A DNA stretch of 64,000 bases from Candidatus Bathyarchaeia archaeon (lineage in GTDB: Archaea > Thermoproteota > Bathyarchaeia > Bathyarchaeales > Bathycorpusculaceae): assembly GCA_037481775.1 (NCBI GenBank), contig JBBFKZ010000002.1, positions 32,001 to 96,000 on the forward strand, given 5' to 3'. Below, piece after piece: positions 40,683-50,785 of this stretch. The notes beneath the pieces are model-generated. The model was not told the DNA's origin. It made no database searches and saw only the letters and a program-made list of their open reading frames with translations. Both the position numbers and the translations under genes were made by a program. Position 1 is the first letter of the stretch. Each line of letters begins with the position of its first letter.

Positions 40683-41813
40683 ATGAGGAACGCAGCATTT
40701 TTTGCGTGGGGCATCTTAAACCCCGGATCGATGAGCCTAATTTCAGCCGTTTTACTTGTTGCCATATCTTCAGCCCTTGTTCAAGGTTTCGAGGTAACTG
40801 ACACCATAATTTTGGAGCGCTTCGGCGGCTATTACGGCTTAGCCTATAATCCTGACAAGGGCGAAATCTTCCTGACAAACGGCGACTTCCACCTTGTATA
40901 CGTAATCTCTGACCAGACGCATTCCGTAGGCGCAACCATACCCGTAGGGCATATACCCTCCGCAATAACCTATAACCAAGAGAAGGGAGAGCTACTTGTA
41001 ACCAATTTTGGCTCAGACTCGGTGTCCGTAATCTCCGCCAGCAATTACATGGTGACTGCAACGATACCAGTTGGGCACAAGCCCATGGGCGTAGCCTCCG
41101 CGCCGGATAAAGGGAAAATTTTCGTAGCTAACTACGGCGCTGGCACGGTCTCCGTAATATCCGATAGCGACTTCTCGCTAATTGCAACAGTGCCGGTGGG
41201 GGAAATGCCGTGCGCCTTAACCTACGACCATGCCCGGGGAGAAGTATATGTGGGCCATGCTGGCTGCAATCAAGTCATAGCGCTCTCAGCTGACACGCAT
41301 CGCATTGTTGCAAACATAACCGTAGACGGGTTGCCCACAAGCTTGGAGTATGCGGCGGATAGAGGCGAAATTTATGTAGTCAACCACAATTTCAGCTCAG
41401 TTTCGGCCATATCAACGGGTAATTACGCTGTAGTCGCAACCATACCTGTAGGAAACCAGCCTTCCGCCATAGCATATGACCGCGGAAGCGGGCTGGTATT
41501 CGTGGCAAACTTCAAGTCGAAATCCATATCCGTCATAGCCGCAGAAAACAAAACTGTGGTTGCAACCATACCTTTGGAGGGCGAACCACAAGGCATATGC
41601 TACGATTCTGGCAAAAAAGAGCTTTATGTGGCCTTCTCTGAAAGCCACAAGGTCACAGTGATCTCTGTCTTATCGCCGAACGCAACCCATACCATCCAAA
41701 ATGAGTATATCGCGTATACCCTACTTATTGCGGTCTCTGTCTCAATAGCGCTCTTGATCCTTACTGTTTCAATCTACAAAAGCCTCAGATTGAGGCGTAT
41801 ACCCAATAAGTAA
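40683..41813 (+). CDS. YVTN/YncE-type beta-propeller surface protein
   Basis: Repeats of ATIPVG..P..I.Y....G.I.V.N.....VSVI; C-terminal TM. Confidence 0.9.
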   Translation: MRNAAFFAWGILNPGSMSLISAVLLVAISSALVQGFEVTDTIILERFGGYYGLAYNPDKGEIFLTNGDFHLVYVISDQTHSVGATIPVGHIPSAITYNQEKGELLVTNFGSDSVSVISASNYMVTATIPVGHKPMGVASAPDKGKIFVANYGAGTVSVISDSDFSLIATVPVGEMPCALTYDHARGEVYVGHAGCNQVIALSADTHRIVANITVDGLPTSLEYAADRGEIYVVNHNFSSVSAISTGNYAVVATIPVGNQPSAIAYDRGSGLVFVANFKSKSISVIAAENKTVVATIPLEGEPQGICYDSGKKELYVAFSESHKVTVISVLSPNATHTIQNEYIAYTLLIAVSVSIALLILTVSIYKSLRLRRIPNK

Positions 41814-41927
41814 ACAAAAAATTTTTGCCAAACCCCTATGTCTACCGCATTTTTCGTGAGGCGTTGCTTCATACAATTGCGTCCATAGCAAATTAGAAAA
41901 AAAGGTTAGCGTGGGTGTTTCGTGTTC

Positions 41928-42443
41928 TCAGCTTGGCGGTGGAGGCGGCAGAGGTGGAGGCGGCGGAGGCTGTGTGGCAGCGGCAAATGGTTGCTTCACT
42001 TGGACAACAGTGGTTCCTGCCATTCGATCAGTATATTTCTGGCGTCTGTCAGGTCCTGGCGTAGCAATGCCGATTACCCAGTCCAGCAACAATAAAAGCC
42101 AATAGATCTTGCTTACGTTGCGGAGGAATGCTTGCCCAAATTGTACTTTGCTGCCATTTGTCATCTGCACCTTTAAACCCATTATTCTTTTGCCTATGGT
42201 AGCGCCCCATGCCACATCGAGTATGACAAAGTAGAATAGTTGTATTATGCCAAAAATGAATGGAAATATTAGCCAAGACCCATATCCTACCATCCACCAT
42301 GCACCGCTCCAGAATATTGACCAAAACAGGAAGTTCCATATGATATACACTGGAATGCCGACGATTATGCTGTCAATGATTAGCGCGATTAAGCGGTAAA
42401 TCCAATGATTAAAGTCGATCCCTGAACTGCTTTCCATTGTCAT
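41928..42443 (-). CDS. RDD family membrane protein with poly-Pro tail
   Basis: RLIALIID, GATIGK..MGLKV, D.MAGTTVV. Confidence 0.9.
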   Translation of the reverse strand: MTMESSSGIDFNHWIYRLIALIIDSIIVGIPVYIIWNFLFWSIFWSGAWWMVGYGSWLIFPFIFGIIQLFYFVILDVAWGATIGKRIMGLKVQMTNGSKVQFGQAFLRNVSKIYWLLLLLDWVIGIATPGPDRRQKYTDRMAGTTVVQVKQPFAAATQPPPPPPLPPPPPS

Positions 42444-42620
42444 TCATTCTCCTTTCTAAATAGCGCTGATTGAGGGTTTTTGACGCAAGTTATTATTATG
42501 GTTTTCTGTTCCCGCGATTTCAGCTGTTATTCACGAAATTAAGGCGAATTTTTGTCAACACACTTTAAACATATTAAAGCTTATTAAAACCCTGAGGCGA
42601 AATATTAATAGGTGTGATGG

Positions 42621-42977
42621 TTGGAAAAAGCTCAAAAGGGCATACCTAAAGACAAGCTGCTAGGCATGCAAGTTATTGACGCGGAAGGCAACCTCGTCGG
42701 CACAGTTAAAGACGTAAGCTTCGTCATTGGACAACCAAGCATCTCGCTCAGCGTTGAAGACAAAAACGGAAAACTCGTTGACATCTCTTGGGAAAAAGTG
42801 CAAGGAGCAGCCGACTTCATTGTTCTTAAACCTGTTCAACAATCACCAGTCGCCTCAGTAGCAGAGCCACCGACTGCGCAGCAAGCGCAGCCAACATGCC
42901 CAACATGTGGTGGCCCGCTGACATACATTCAGCAGTATAAGCGATGGTACTGCTATAAAGATCAGAAATACGTTTAA
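42621..42977 (+). CDS. PRC-barrel protein with C-terminal Zn-ribbon-like motif
   Basis: LLGMQVID..G..VGTVKD; CPTCGGPL.YI.QY.RWYC. Confidence 0.85.
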   Translation: MEKAQKGIPKDKLLGMQVIDAEGNLVGTVKDVSFVIGQPSISLSVEDKNGKLVDISWEKVQGAADFIVLKPVQQSPVASVAEPPTAQQAQPTCPTCGGPLTYIQQYKRWYCYKDQKYV

Positions 42978-43024
42978 AAGAAGCTGCTTGTGCCTACCTG
43001 CCCCATTTATTTTGAAGCGCTTGT

Positions 43025-43759
43025 CTACGTGAGTAGCTTTAACTGCCTAAGTTCATCCACCGAGATCGCTCCGGAATGTAAAGCTGTGGCAACCAAAACT
43101 CCTGCTATACCCATTTTCTTTAGCTCAAGCAAGTCGCTGATGCCACGTACGCCGCCGCCCACGAATACGGCGCCATGGAACTTACTACGCGCCTCACTTA
43201 CGAAGTGCATGTCTACGCCTTCTCCGCTGCCTACCCTTGCCAAGTCCAAAACGATAACTTGGGTAACACCGGCATTCTGAAGCTCCTGCAGAAAAGCCAT
43301 TGGCTGCACCGGCGAAGCGGTGCCCAAGCGGCTGAGTAATTGGTTATTCATCAAGTCTATGCTAATGATCACTTTCTCATTTCCGAATAGGCTGATGGCT
43401 TCGGAAATGAAGCTGACGGCGGGTAAGGTTTCTGTTCCAATGATAATCTTCGAAACATGACGCTCTAGCAGTAGCTTCGCCTTTTCAAGGTTATCCACTC
43501 CTGCATCAACCATAAGCCCAAGTCCCGTTTTATCTGCGATGCTACTTAAAATTGGTAGGTTTATGTTTCCACCTAATATTGCGTCCAAATCCGCCACGTA
43601 AAGCTCGCTGAAGCCCATCTTCCTAAATGCCGCAGCAACATCCAGTGGGTCTGTGGAGGCGCATAGGCGACTTTTAAGCGGTTGGTACTCTTTTCTTCTG
43701 CCTCTTACGGCATGAACCACTCTGCCGTCGAGAAGGTCTATGACAGGTATTACCTTCAA
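43025..43759 (-). CDS. HisA/HisF-like TIM-barrel protein linked to C1-cofactor clusters
   Basis: IPVIDL..G.VVHAVRG.R..Y.P, LYVADLD, LDLARVGSG.G. Confidence 0.85.
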   Translation of the reverse strand: MKVIPVIDLLDGRVVHAVRGRRKEYQPLKSRLCASTDPLDVAAAFRKMGFSELYVADLDAILGGNINLPILSSIADKTGLGLMVDAGVDNLEKAKLLLERHVSKIIIGTETLPAVSFISEAISLFGNEKVIISIDLMNNQLLSRLGTASPVQPMAFLQELQNAGVTQVIVLDLARVGSGEGVDMHFVSEARSKFHGAVFVGGGVRGISDLLELKKMGIAGVLVATALHSGAISVDELRQLKLLT

Positions 43760-43897
43760 AGGATTCTCCTCTACAATGCAATTGCGCTTGACTATTTAGA
43801 AAAGTTTCCTAATTATTAGCCGCTTCTGACCACAGCAGCATCTTCAGACTAAGCACTTGTGACAAAAACTTTAAAGGCATAAGAATTCCGCTTCAAT

Positions 43898-44653
43898 ATG
43901 ATTAAATTGAAGCTGCTAATAAGCCCAATGAACGAAGCAGAAGCGGCGGAAGCCATAGTCGGAGGCGCCGACATAATAGACGTTAAAAACCCTGTGGAAG
44001 GCGCGTTAGGCGCCAATTTTCCATGGGTGATAAAACGCGTCCGCGAACTTGCGCCAGCAAACGTTGAAGTAAGCTGCACCATAGGCGAGTTGCCTAACCT
44101 TCCCGGTGCGGCGTCGCTGGCTGCTCTTGGTGCGGCAACAACAGGTGTAAACTACATCAAAGCTGGGCTCTGCGGGTTGAAGACGCTTGAAGAAGCCGTT
44201 TACCTTATGCAGCATATTGTCCGCGCAGTCAAAGAATTTGATTCATCAATCAAGGTGGTTGCCGCCGGGTACGCTGACGCTGAAAGAGCCGGCGCGCTGG
44301 ACCCCTTGCTTGTGCCTGAAGTAGCCTTCAGGGCGAAGGCGGACGTGGCTATGCTTGATACGGCGGTTAAAGATGGCAAACGCCTCTTTGCCTTCCTCAC
44401 CACAAACCAGCTTAAGGGCTTCGTTGAGAAAACACACAATTACGGTTTGAAAGCCGCTTTGGCCGGCTCATTGCAAAAGGAGGACTTGCCTGTTGTTTAC
44501 GCTTTAGGCGCTGATGTAGCTGGCCTGCGGTGTGCCGCATGCACACAAAATGACCGTGTACACGGTCGAATTACCAGAGAAAAAGTCCAGGAGCTTGTTG
44601 AAGTCGTCAGACGCGCAGAAGCACAAGCCGCGCTCAAGCCCAAGGGGTTCTGA
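43898..44653 (+). CDS. mfnB: (5-formylfuran-3-yl)methyl phosphate synthase
   Basis: LLISP..., GGADIIDVKNP.EG.LGA, MLDTAVKDG, ALAGSL. Confidence 0.93.
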   Translation: MIKLKLLISPMNEAEAAEAIVGGADIIDVKNPVEGALGANFPWVIKRVRELAPANVEVSCTIGELPNLPGAASLAALGAATTGVNYIKAGLCGLKTLEEAVYLMQHIVRAVKEFDSSIKVVAAGYADAERAGALDPLLVPEVAFRAKADVAMLDTAVKDGKRLFAFLTTNQLKGFVEKTHNYGLKAALAGSLQKEDLPVVYALGADVAGLRCAACTQNDRVHGRITREKVQELVEVVRRAEAQAALKPKGF

Positions 44654-44655
44654 TT

Positions 44656-45822
44656 ATGCGCGATAAGGGGATGAGCCGAAAAGCGGTGCTTGCTAAGCTG
44701 AAAAAGTTTCAGGCGCAAGACATGCGTTATGAGGATGGCAAAATCCTATGCTCAATGTGCACCGCGCCGCATAGTATAGCGCGAACGGCGCATAACTGGT
44801 TTTTAAGCGCGAATCTCGGAGACGCAGGCTTATTTCCCGGCAGCCTGAAACTAGAAAAGGAAGTTATTCGGCGGCTTGCGGCGCTTCTTAACGGCGAAAA
44901 CAGCGTTGGCTTCATTGTTTCAGGCGGCACAGAAGCGAATCTGCTGGCGTTGTTAGCGGCGAGAAGCATAGCTGACACCTGCAATCCAGAGGTTGTTCTG
45001 CCCGCGTCTGCGCATTTTTCCTTCAAGAAAATCTGTCGTTTACTTGGGCTGAAACCGGTCTATGCAAGTTTAGACGGCGCATACTGTGTTGAGCCTTCAT
45101 CAGTTGAGAAGTGTATCAGCCGGAACACCGTTGCCATCGTCGGCACAGCGGGAACAACCGAGTTAGGCGCGATTGACCCAATTGATAAGCTCTCCGCTAT
45201 TGCCGTGGCTCACAGCGTCTATTTACATGTGGACGCGGCTTTCGGCGGCCTCATAATTCCCTTCTTAAGGGAACTTGGACATGAAGGCGCAGAGTTTGAT
45301 TTCCGCTTGGAAGGTGTGAAATCCATCACCGTTGATCCACACAAGATGGGCTTGACACCGATTCCCGCAGGCGGCATCCTATTCCGCGACAGCACATTTC
45401 TAGATCACATCAGAACGGAAACGCCTTATCTTACTGAAGAGTGGCAGTATACACTTGTCGGCACAAGACCCGGTGCCTCAGCAGCGGCGGCGTGGGCAGT
45501 TTTTGAGCATCTAGGCCGCGAAGGCTTCCAAAAGATAGTGCACCGCTGTATTCGGCTCACAAAGTTTCTGTCTTCAAGGCTTGAGTCCTTAGGCTTCAGT
45601 CTTGTCGCTCAGCCGCAGTTGAACATAGTCGCCTTTAAGGCTGCCCACTCGAAGCAGTTAGTGGAAAAACTGCGGGAGCAAGGATGGTTTACTTCATACA
45701 TTCCCAGTCTTGACTGCGTCAGAATCGTAGTTATGCCGCATCTGAGAAAACAACATTTGGTCGCGTTTTTAAGAGATTTAAGTCAAATCGCCCAGCCCGG
45801 CGTCGCGGCTTCAAAGCCATAA
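44656..45822 (+). CDS. mfnA: L-tyrosine/aspartate decarboxylase
   Basis: SMCT.PH, SGGTEAN, HVDAAFGG, DPHKMG. Confidence 0.92.
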   Translation: MRDKGMSRKAVLAKLKKFQAQDMRYEDGKILCSMCTAPHSIARTAHNWFLSANLGDAGLFPGSLKLEKEVIRRLAALLNGENSVGFIVSGGTEANLLALLAARSIADTCNPEVVLPASAHFSFKKICRLLGLKPVYASLDGAYCVEPSSVEKCISRNTVAIVGTAGTTELGAIDPIDKLSAIAVAHSVYLHVDAAFGGLIIPFLRELGHEGAEFDFRLEGVKSITVDPHKMGLTPIPAGGILFRDSTFLDHIRTETPYLTEEWQYTLVGTRPGASAAAAWAVFEHLGREGFQKIVHRCIRLTKFLSSRLESLGFSLVAQPQLNIVAFKAAHSKQLVEKLREQGWFTSYIPSLDCVRIVVMPHLRKQHLVAFLRDLSQIAQPGVAASKP

Positions 45823-45840
45823 ACTCCGCGAGGCGAAAAC

Positions 45841-47073
45841 TTGAAAGCTCTAATTTATGAGCATGTTTCGGGCGGAGGATTCGCCGGCACACCGCTTCCG
45901 CCTAGTGTGTTAAGCGAAGGCTTTGGCATGCTGCGGAGCTTAATCGCCGACTTCAAAGCCGCCGGGCATCATGTGGTTACTCTACTTGATTCGCGAATTG
46001 CAAAGTTTAACCCGCCCCTTGAAGCTGACTGCCTCATGCCTGTTTTCGCTGCGCATGAAGTTCACGAATTGATCCGCAGAAATGCCGCTTCGGCTGATGT
46101 TGCCTATGTGGTTGCGCCTGAATCTGGGGGTGTGCTGCAGTCGCTTTTGGAAATTGTTGAGCAAACAGGCGCCGCCTCGCTGAACTGCGCAGCTAGCACA
46201 ATCGGCAAAGTTGCGGATAAGGCGGTTCTCCACGAGTTTCTGAACACACTGGGTGTGCCCCAGCCTAAGACCTTGGTTTTCGATGCGGATGCCACTGCGG
46301 AAGAAATTAAACAAGCTGTTAAAGGCGAGTTGCGTTTTCCCTTGATTTTCAAGCCTTCAAGCGATGTAAGCTGCGGCGGCTTAAGCATCGTCAGAAGCGA
46401 GCAGCAAATCGTAGCCGCGATAGATAAAATTAAGCGAGAGTGTTTAAGCGAGCTTTTTCTGGTTCAGGAGATCATCCGCGGTGCCGCCGCCAGCGTTAGC
46501 GTAATTTCCACTGGCGAAGAAGCCATGCCAATAAGCTTGAACCGCCAAGACATTGCACTTAAAACGCCTGATGCTGCTTCAAGTTACCGCGGCGGTTTAG
46601 TGCCTTTTGAGCATCCGCTACGGTCTAAGGCTTTTGCGGTGGCGGAAAAAATTGTTAAATCTTTCCTTGGCCTCAGAGGTTATGTTGGGGTAGATTTGGT
46701 TCTCACCGATGATGAAGCGTTTGCGATTGAGGTTAACCCAAGATTAACAACATCCTACATTGGGTTGCGGCGTGTTGTCAACTTTAACCCCGCCGACGCC
46801 ATCGTAAACGCTGTTTTAAAACGCCAGTTGCCAGCCAGCCTGCAAACTTACGGGTACGCACTATTCTCAAAAGTGGCGCTTCCACCGCCGACGCCTGCAG
46901 CTCTTCAAGAAATCTATGGGATAAACGAGGTTGTTGCTCCGCCTTTCCCGCTTTCGGGCAACAGCACCGCGTATGCGCTTATTTCAGCCCATGGCGCTAC
47001 GGTGAAGACAGCGGCATCAAAGTTTCGTGAAGCTAAAAACCGCGTTTTCAACACTGTACAAGGAGGCCAATAG
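45841..47073 (+). CDS. mfnD: ATP-grasp tyramine-glutamate ligase
   Basis: IYEHVSGGG, EGFGML, VAPE, GYVGVD, EVNPRLTTSY; operon context. Confidence 0.8.
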   Translation: MKALIYEHVSGGGFAGTPLPPSVLSEGFGMLRSLIADFKAAGHHVVTLLDSRIAKFNPPLEADCLMPVFAAHEVHELIRRNAASADVAYVVAPESGGVLQSLLEIVEQTGAASLNCAASTIGKVADKAVLHEFLNTLGVPQPKTLVFDADATAEEIKQAVKGELRFPLIFKPSSDVSCGGLSIVRSEQQIVAAIDKIKRECLSELFLVQEIIRGAAASVSVISTGEEAMPISLNRQDIALKTPDAASSYRGGLVPFEHPLRSKAFAVAEKIVKSFLGLRGYVGVDLVLTDDEAFAIEVNPRLTTSYIGLRRVVNFNPADAIVNAVLKRQLPASLQTYGYALFSKVALPPPTPAALQEIYGINEVVAPPFPLSGNSTAYALISAHGATVKTAASKFREAKNRVFNTVQGGQ

Positions 47074-47075
47074 CG

Positions 47076-48149
47076 CTGGTCAACGTTATGGGCTTGGACA
47101 TCGGAGGCGCCAACACTAAAGCTGCTTTCTTACGCGCTGAGAACGGCGTGGTTCTGGAGTTTAAAACTGCAAGCGAATATTTCCCAGTGTGGAAAGACAG
47201 GAATAGGCTTTCCAGCGTGCTTCTGGCGCTGAAGGAGCAGTTAAGCGGCGCCGCGCAGCTTGATGGTGTCGGCTTGACCATGACTGCTGAGCTATCGGAT
47301 GCTTACCAAACAAAACAGGAAGGCGTAAACCACATCCTAACCTGCGTGTCTGAGGCATTCGCAGATGCACCCATCTTCGTCTTAGATGTGGATGCCACTC
47401 TCATATCGATGGAATCAGCAAAAATGGCGCCGCTTCGCGTGGCCGCAGCAAATTGGTCGGCAACAGGCTGGCTGGTTTCTCAGCTGATAAAAACCTGCGT
47501 TATAGTTGACATCGGAAGCACGAGCACCAGCATAATCCCCATAGTTGATGGATGCATTGCCGCGGCTGGCAAAACTGATTTGGAGAAGCTGATTAACGGT
47601 GAACTCGTGTACACGGGCAGTTTGCGGACAAACGTTGCTGCAATCGTAAGCGCTGTTCCGCTTAGAGGTGGCATAGCTCGGGTTTCATCAGAATTGTTTG
47701 CGCAGTCAGGCGATGTTCACTTAATCTTGGGCAACATCACGGAGAAGGAGTACACAGTTGAGACTGCTGATGGCCGAGGGAAAACATTGCAGGAAGCTAT
47801 GGCACGGCTTGCACGGGTTGTCTGCGCAGACATTGAAATGCTAACTGATCAGGAACTACTCCAGATGGCCCGCTACATCTACCACAGGCAAGTTGAGCAG
47901 GTCGCTGATGGATTAAGCGAAGTTTACTCTCGCACAAAAGCGCGTGCAAACGGCGAGGTTCCAGTTGTAGTCACAGGCATAGGCAAGAACTTCCTTGCAA
48001 GGGCTGCGGCGGAAAAAATCGGCGCTGACAAAATCATCGACCTCGGCGAGTTATTAAATGGGGACGTAACAGTGGCTTCGCCTGCTGTAGCCGTCGCTTT
48101 GATGGCGGCAAGCAAACTTGAAGGGCGGCTTGTCAAATGGATGCGGTGA
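47076..48149 (+). CDS. mfnF: Hydantoinase A-family methanofuran synthase
   Basis: GLDIGGANTK, TMTAELSD, AAANW, DIGSTST, LVYTG..RT; CTG 47076 or ATG 47088 start. Confidence 0.85.
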   Translation: MVNVMGLDIGGANTKAAFLRAENGVVLEFKTASEYFPVWKDRNRLSSVLLALKEQLSGAAQLDGVGLTMTAELSDAYQTKQEGVNHILTCVSEAFADAPIFVLDVDATLISMESAKMAPLRVAAANWSATGWLVSQLIKTCVIVDIGSTSTSIIPIVDGCIAAAGKTDLEKLINGELVYTGSLRTNVAAIVSAVPLRGGIARVSSELFAQSGDVHLILGNITEKEYTVETADGRGKTLQEAMARLARVVCADIEMLTDQELLQMARYIYHRQVEQVADGLSEVYSRTKARANGEVPVVVTGIGKNFLARAAAEKIGADKIIDLGELLNGDVTVASPAVAVALMAASKLEGRLVKWMR

Positions 48150-48802
48150 TAAAAGTAGGCGGCAGCCTAGCCGGAAATCCCGCGCAGCTGAAAGCACTAT
48201 GCTTCACGCTAGGCGAGTTAGCTAAGAAATACGCCATCACTGTTGTGCCAGGCGGCGGGCCATTCGCGGATGCCGTGAGAGATTTTGACAAACGCTACGC
48301 TTTATTCAGTATGCTCGCGCACAGAATGGCAATCTTGGGCATGGATCAGTATGGGCTGGCGCTGACGCAGTTCATTCCAAACTCCGCTGCAACCTACCTA
48401 CTCACTGATGTGAGGCAACTGGCGGAGACAGGCGTCGCGTCCATCTTTTTGCCATCGCAGCACATGTTCAAAGAGGATCCATTAGAGAATTCGTGGGATG
48501 TCACTTCAGACTCGATTGCCGCTTACGTTGCCAGCCGCTTGCACGCCGCCAAGTTGCTGCTTGTTACTGACGTGGATGGAATTTTCACTGAAGACCCCAA
48601 GAAGCACTCGGATGCAGCGCTGATAGAGCGTTTAACCGCCGCGGAGCTGCTAAGGCTGAATAGGCGAACCAGCGTGGACCGTAACCTGCCTAAACTGCTT
48701 TTAGAATCTCCCGTAGATTGCTACGTGGTTAACGGGAAACATCCTGAAAGAGTAAGCGCCATCTTAGCTGGGCAACGCGCAATTTGCACACATATTACTT
48801 GA
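48137..48802 (+). CDS. mfnE: Amino-acid-kinase-family F1-P kinase
   Basis: IKVGGSL, PGGGPFAD, SWDVTSDSIA, TDVDGI. Confidence 0.85.
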   Translation: MDAVIKVGGSLAGNPAQLKALCFTLGELAKKYAITVVPGGGPFADAVRDFDKRYALFSMLAHRMAILGMDQYGLALTQFIPNSAATYLLTDVRQLAETGVASIFLPSQHMFKEDPLENSWDVTSDSIAAYVASRLHAAKLLLVTDVDGIFTEDPKKHSDAALIERLTAAELLRLNRRTSVDRNLPKLLLESPVDCYVVNGKHPERVSAILAGQRAICTHIT

Positions 48803-48848
48803 GGATTAAAATAGGTAGAGTTTTTTATAAGCCACATTGTGCTGGTAA

Positions 48849-49685
48849 ATGTTCATGCAAGGTCTCCCTGTTGTGGCTGTGGTTAAAGGCGAACGCGGTC
48901 ACGAGCCAGTTTTCAAAGCCTTAGACCTCGTCGACTACAAGAGCGCGCTTGCCGGCTATGATAAAGTGCTTATCAAAGTTAACTTCATAACCAACAAAAC
49001 ATGGGATACAGGAGCAACCACCGATCCCATCGTGGTGGAAGCCATAATCAAGAAGGTTGCCGCGTTGCCGGTGAAAATCTACGTGGTAGAGTCAGATGCC
49101 ACAATAACCAACGCGGATAAGGCGTTTGAAGCAACAGGCATGAAGGACATGTGCCAACGGAACGGTGTTGAATGGCTTAACCTGAGCCATGTTAAAGACA
49201 GGGTTACTCTTGCCATCCCTGACGGTGAAGCGCTTAAGAGCATCACTGTGCCGCGCATCGTTACCGAATCCGCCGTCATCAGTGCAGCGAAACTCAAAAC
49301 ACATGTGGATACAAGCGTTACTTTAGGCATGAAAAACATGTTCGGCTTGCTTCCTGAGAAATTTAAAGGCAAATACCATCTGAAAGGCATAAGCAAAGTG
49401 GTAGTTGACATTAACACGGTGCTTAAGCCCGCATTAACCGTTATCGACGGCTTTGTGGGCATGGAAGGAAAAGGCCCAATAGATGGGACACCAGTACAAA
49501 TGAACTTGGTCATCGCAGGAAAAGACCCTGTAGCCACCGACGCCACGGCTTGCCGAGTCATGGGCATTGATCCTTACGAAGTAAGCCACATAAGACGCGC
49601 CAGCGAAAAAGGCTTAGGAAGCATCGAAGCACAAATCTTAGGCGAAAAACTCGAGGCAGTAACTAGACCATTCAAAAGAAACTAA
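48849..49685 (+). CDS. DUF362 Fe-S protein
   Basis: VLIKVN, TTDP, KLKTH, TLGMKN.FG, IDG..GMEG.GP, DPVATD. Confidence 0.88.
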   Translation: MFMQGLPVVAVVKGERGHEPVFKALDLVDYKSALAGYDKVLIKVNFITNKTWDTGATTDPIVVEAIIKKVAALPVKIYVVESDATITNADKAFEATGMKDMCQRNGVEWLNLSHVKDRVTLAIPDGEALKSITVPRIVTESAVISAAKLKTHVDTSVTLGMKNMFGLLPEKFKGKYHLKGISKVVVDINTVLKPALTVIDGFVGMEGKGPIDGTPVQMNLVIAGKDPVATDATACRVMGIDPYEVSHIRRASEKGLGSIEAQILGEKLEAVTRPFKRN

Positions 49686-49736
49686 ATAAGCCTACGCCGC
49701 CCGCCTGTGCGTTGGAACTATCCTTGAAGCGCCTTC

Positions 49737-49793
49737 ATATTTGGCGCATATTAGCGATTCATTGCAGAAACCTATAGAGGGGCTATCACGGCA
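49737..49793 (+). repeat. Intergenic element copy 2 (57 bp)
   Basis: Near-identical to the reverse complement of 29698..29755. Confidence 0.85.
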
Positions 49794-49911
49794 GTAGCAG
49801 AAAGCCAGATGGATCTTCTGCGGTGTTGTTGGTGATGACCGCAATTATGATGATCGATGAAGAAAGGTTTTGTTGCTAAAGTACGTGGTAAGATGTGGTT
49901 GTAACCAGTTA

Positions 49912-49931
49912 TTCCCGTATAATTACGGGAA
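49912..49931. promoter_or_regulatory. Perfect 8-bp inverted repeat, candidate operator
   Basis: ttcccgta-taat-tacgggaa immediately before TATA-like aggtttatgaaa, upstream of the HAD gene. Confidence 0.4.
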
Positions 49932-49987
49932 AGGTTTATGAAATAAATAATCAGTCAAACAACAGAACGTAAAATGGGTTGCGGAGC

Positions 49988-50647
49988 ATGGCTGAAGTTA
50001 AGCTCAAAGCGAAAGGCATCTTTTTCGATTTAGACGGTACCATCGTTGATTCACGGGATGCTTACTTGGAAGCTGCAAAAGCTGCTTTCCAAGTCATGGG
50101 TCTTGAACCGCCCACGTTAGCAACGGCGCTGGAGATCCCCCGAAGACTTGAACAGAAGCAGTCTATCAGCGACCTCATAAAGCAGGTAGACCCAAGCAGG
50201 TTCCTGCCCATATACCTAAGCACTTATTATTCTGTCAGCGCGGAGAAAACGAGGCTTATACCAGGCGTAGCCGCCACGCTGGAAGCGCTTTCCAGGAAGG
50301 TTAAGCTTGCGCTTATAACCATGCGTAATGTTCCCAGAAGCGCCGTGGTGGCGGAGCTTGAAAACTTTGGCGTAGCCAAATACTTCACTTACATTCTTAC
50401 GGCACAGGGCACCCACAAGCCGAAGCCTTCGCCTGAGGCGTTGATTAAAACTGTGAAGGCGTTGGATGTTCAGATGTGTGATTGCGTCATCGTCGGCGAC
50501 TCCGTGAACGACATAAAAGCCGGAAAAGCCGCGGGCATAAAAACCGTCGCCGTTTTATCCGGACTCTTCACATGTCAAGAGCTTGCTAAAGAAAAGCCTG
50601 ATCTAATCCTCGAAAACGCCGCTGAACTTCCAAATTACATTGTGTGA
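49988..50647 (+). CDS. HAD-superfamily hydrolase (phosphoglycolate phosphatase-like)
   Basis: FDLDGT, KPSP, VGDS..DI.AGKAAG. Confidence 0.9.
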   Translation: MAEVKLKAKGIFFDLDGTIVDSRDAYLEAAKAAFQVMGLEPPTLATALEIPRRLEQKQSISDLIKQVDPSRFLPIYLSTYYSVSAEKTRLIPGVAATLEALSRKVKLALITMRNVPRSAVVAELENFGVAKYFTYILTAQGTHKPKPSPEALIKTVKALDVQMCDCVIVGDSVNDIKAGKAAGIKTVAVLSGLFTCQELAKEKPDLILENAAELPNYIV

Positions 50648-50785
50648 ACATTTTAGGGAACTATTTCTGTAAACGTAATATTGCAAAAAACCGCCTAAAC
50701 CAGTTATATACCCTCACGAAAATAAAGTTTAATATAAACCTCCTATCTAAATCAGTGTGGAGAGGGCTTCAGAGCGGGAGACTAA

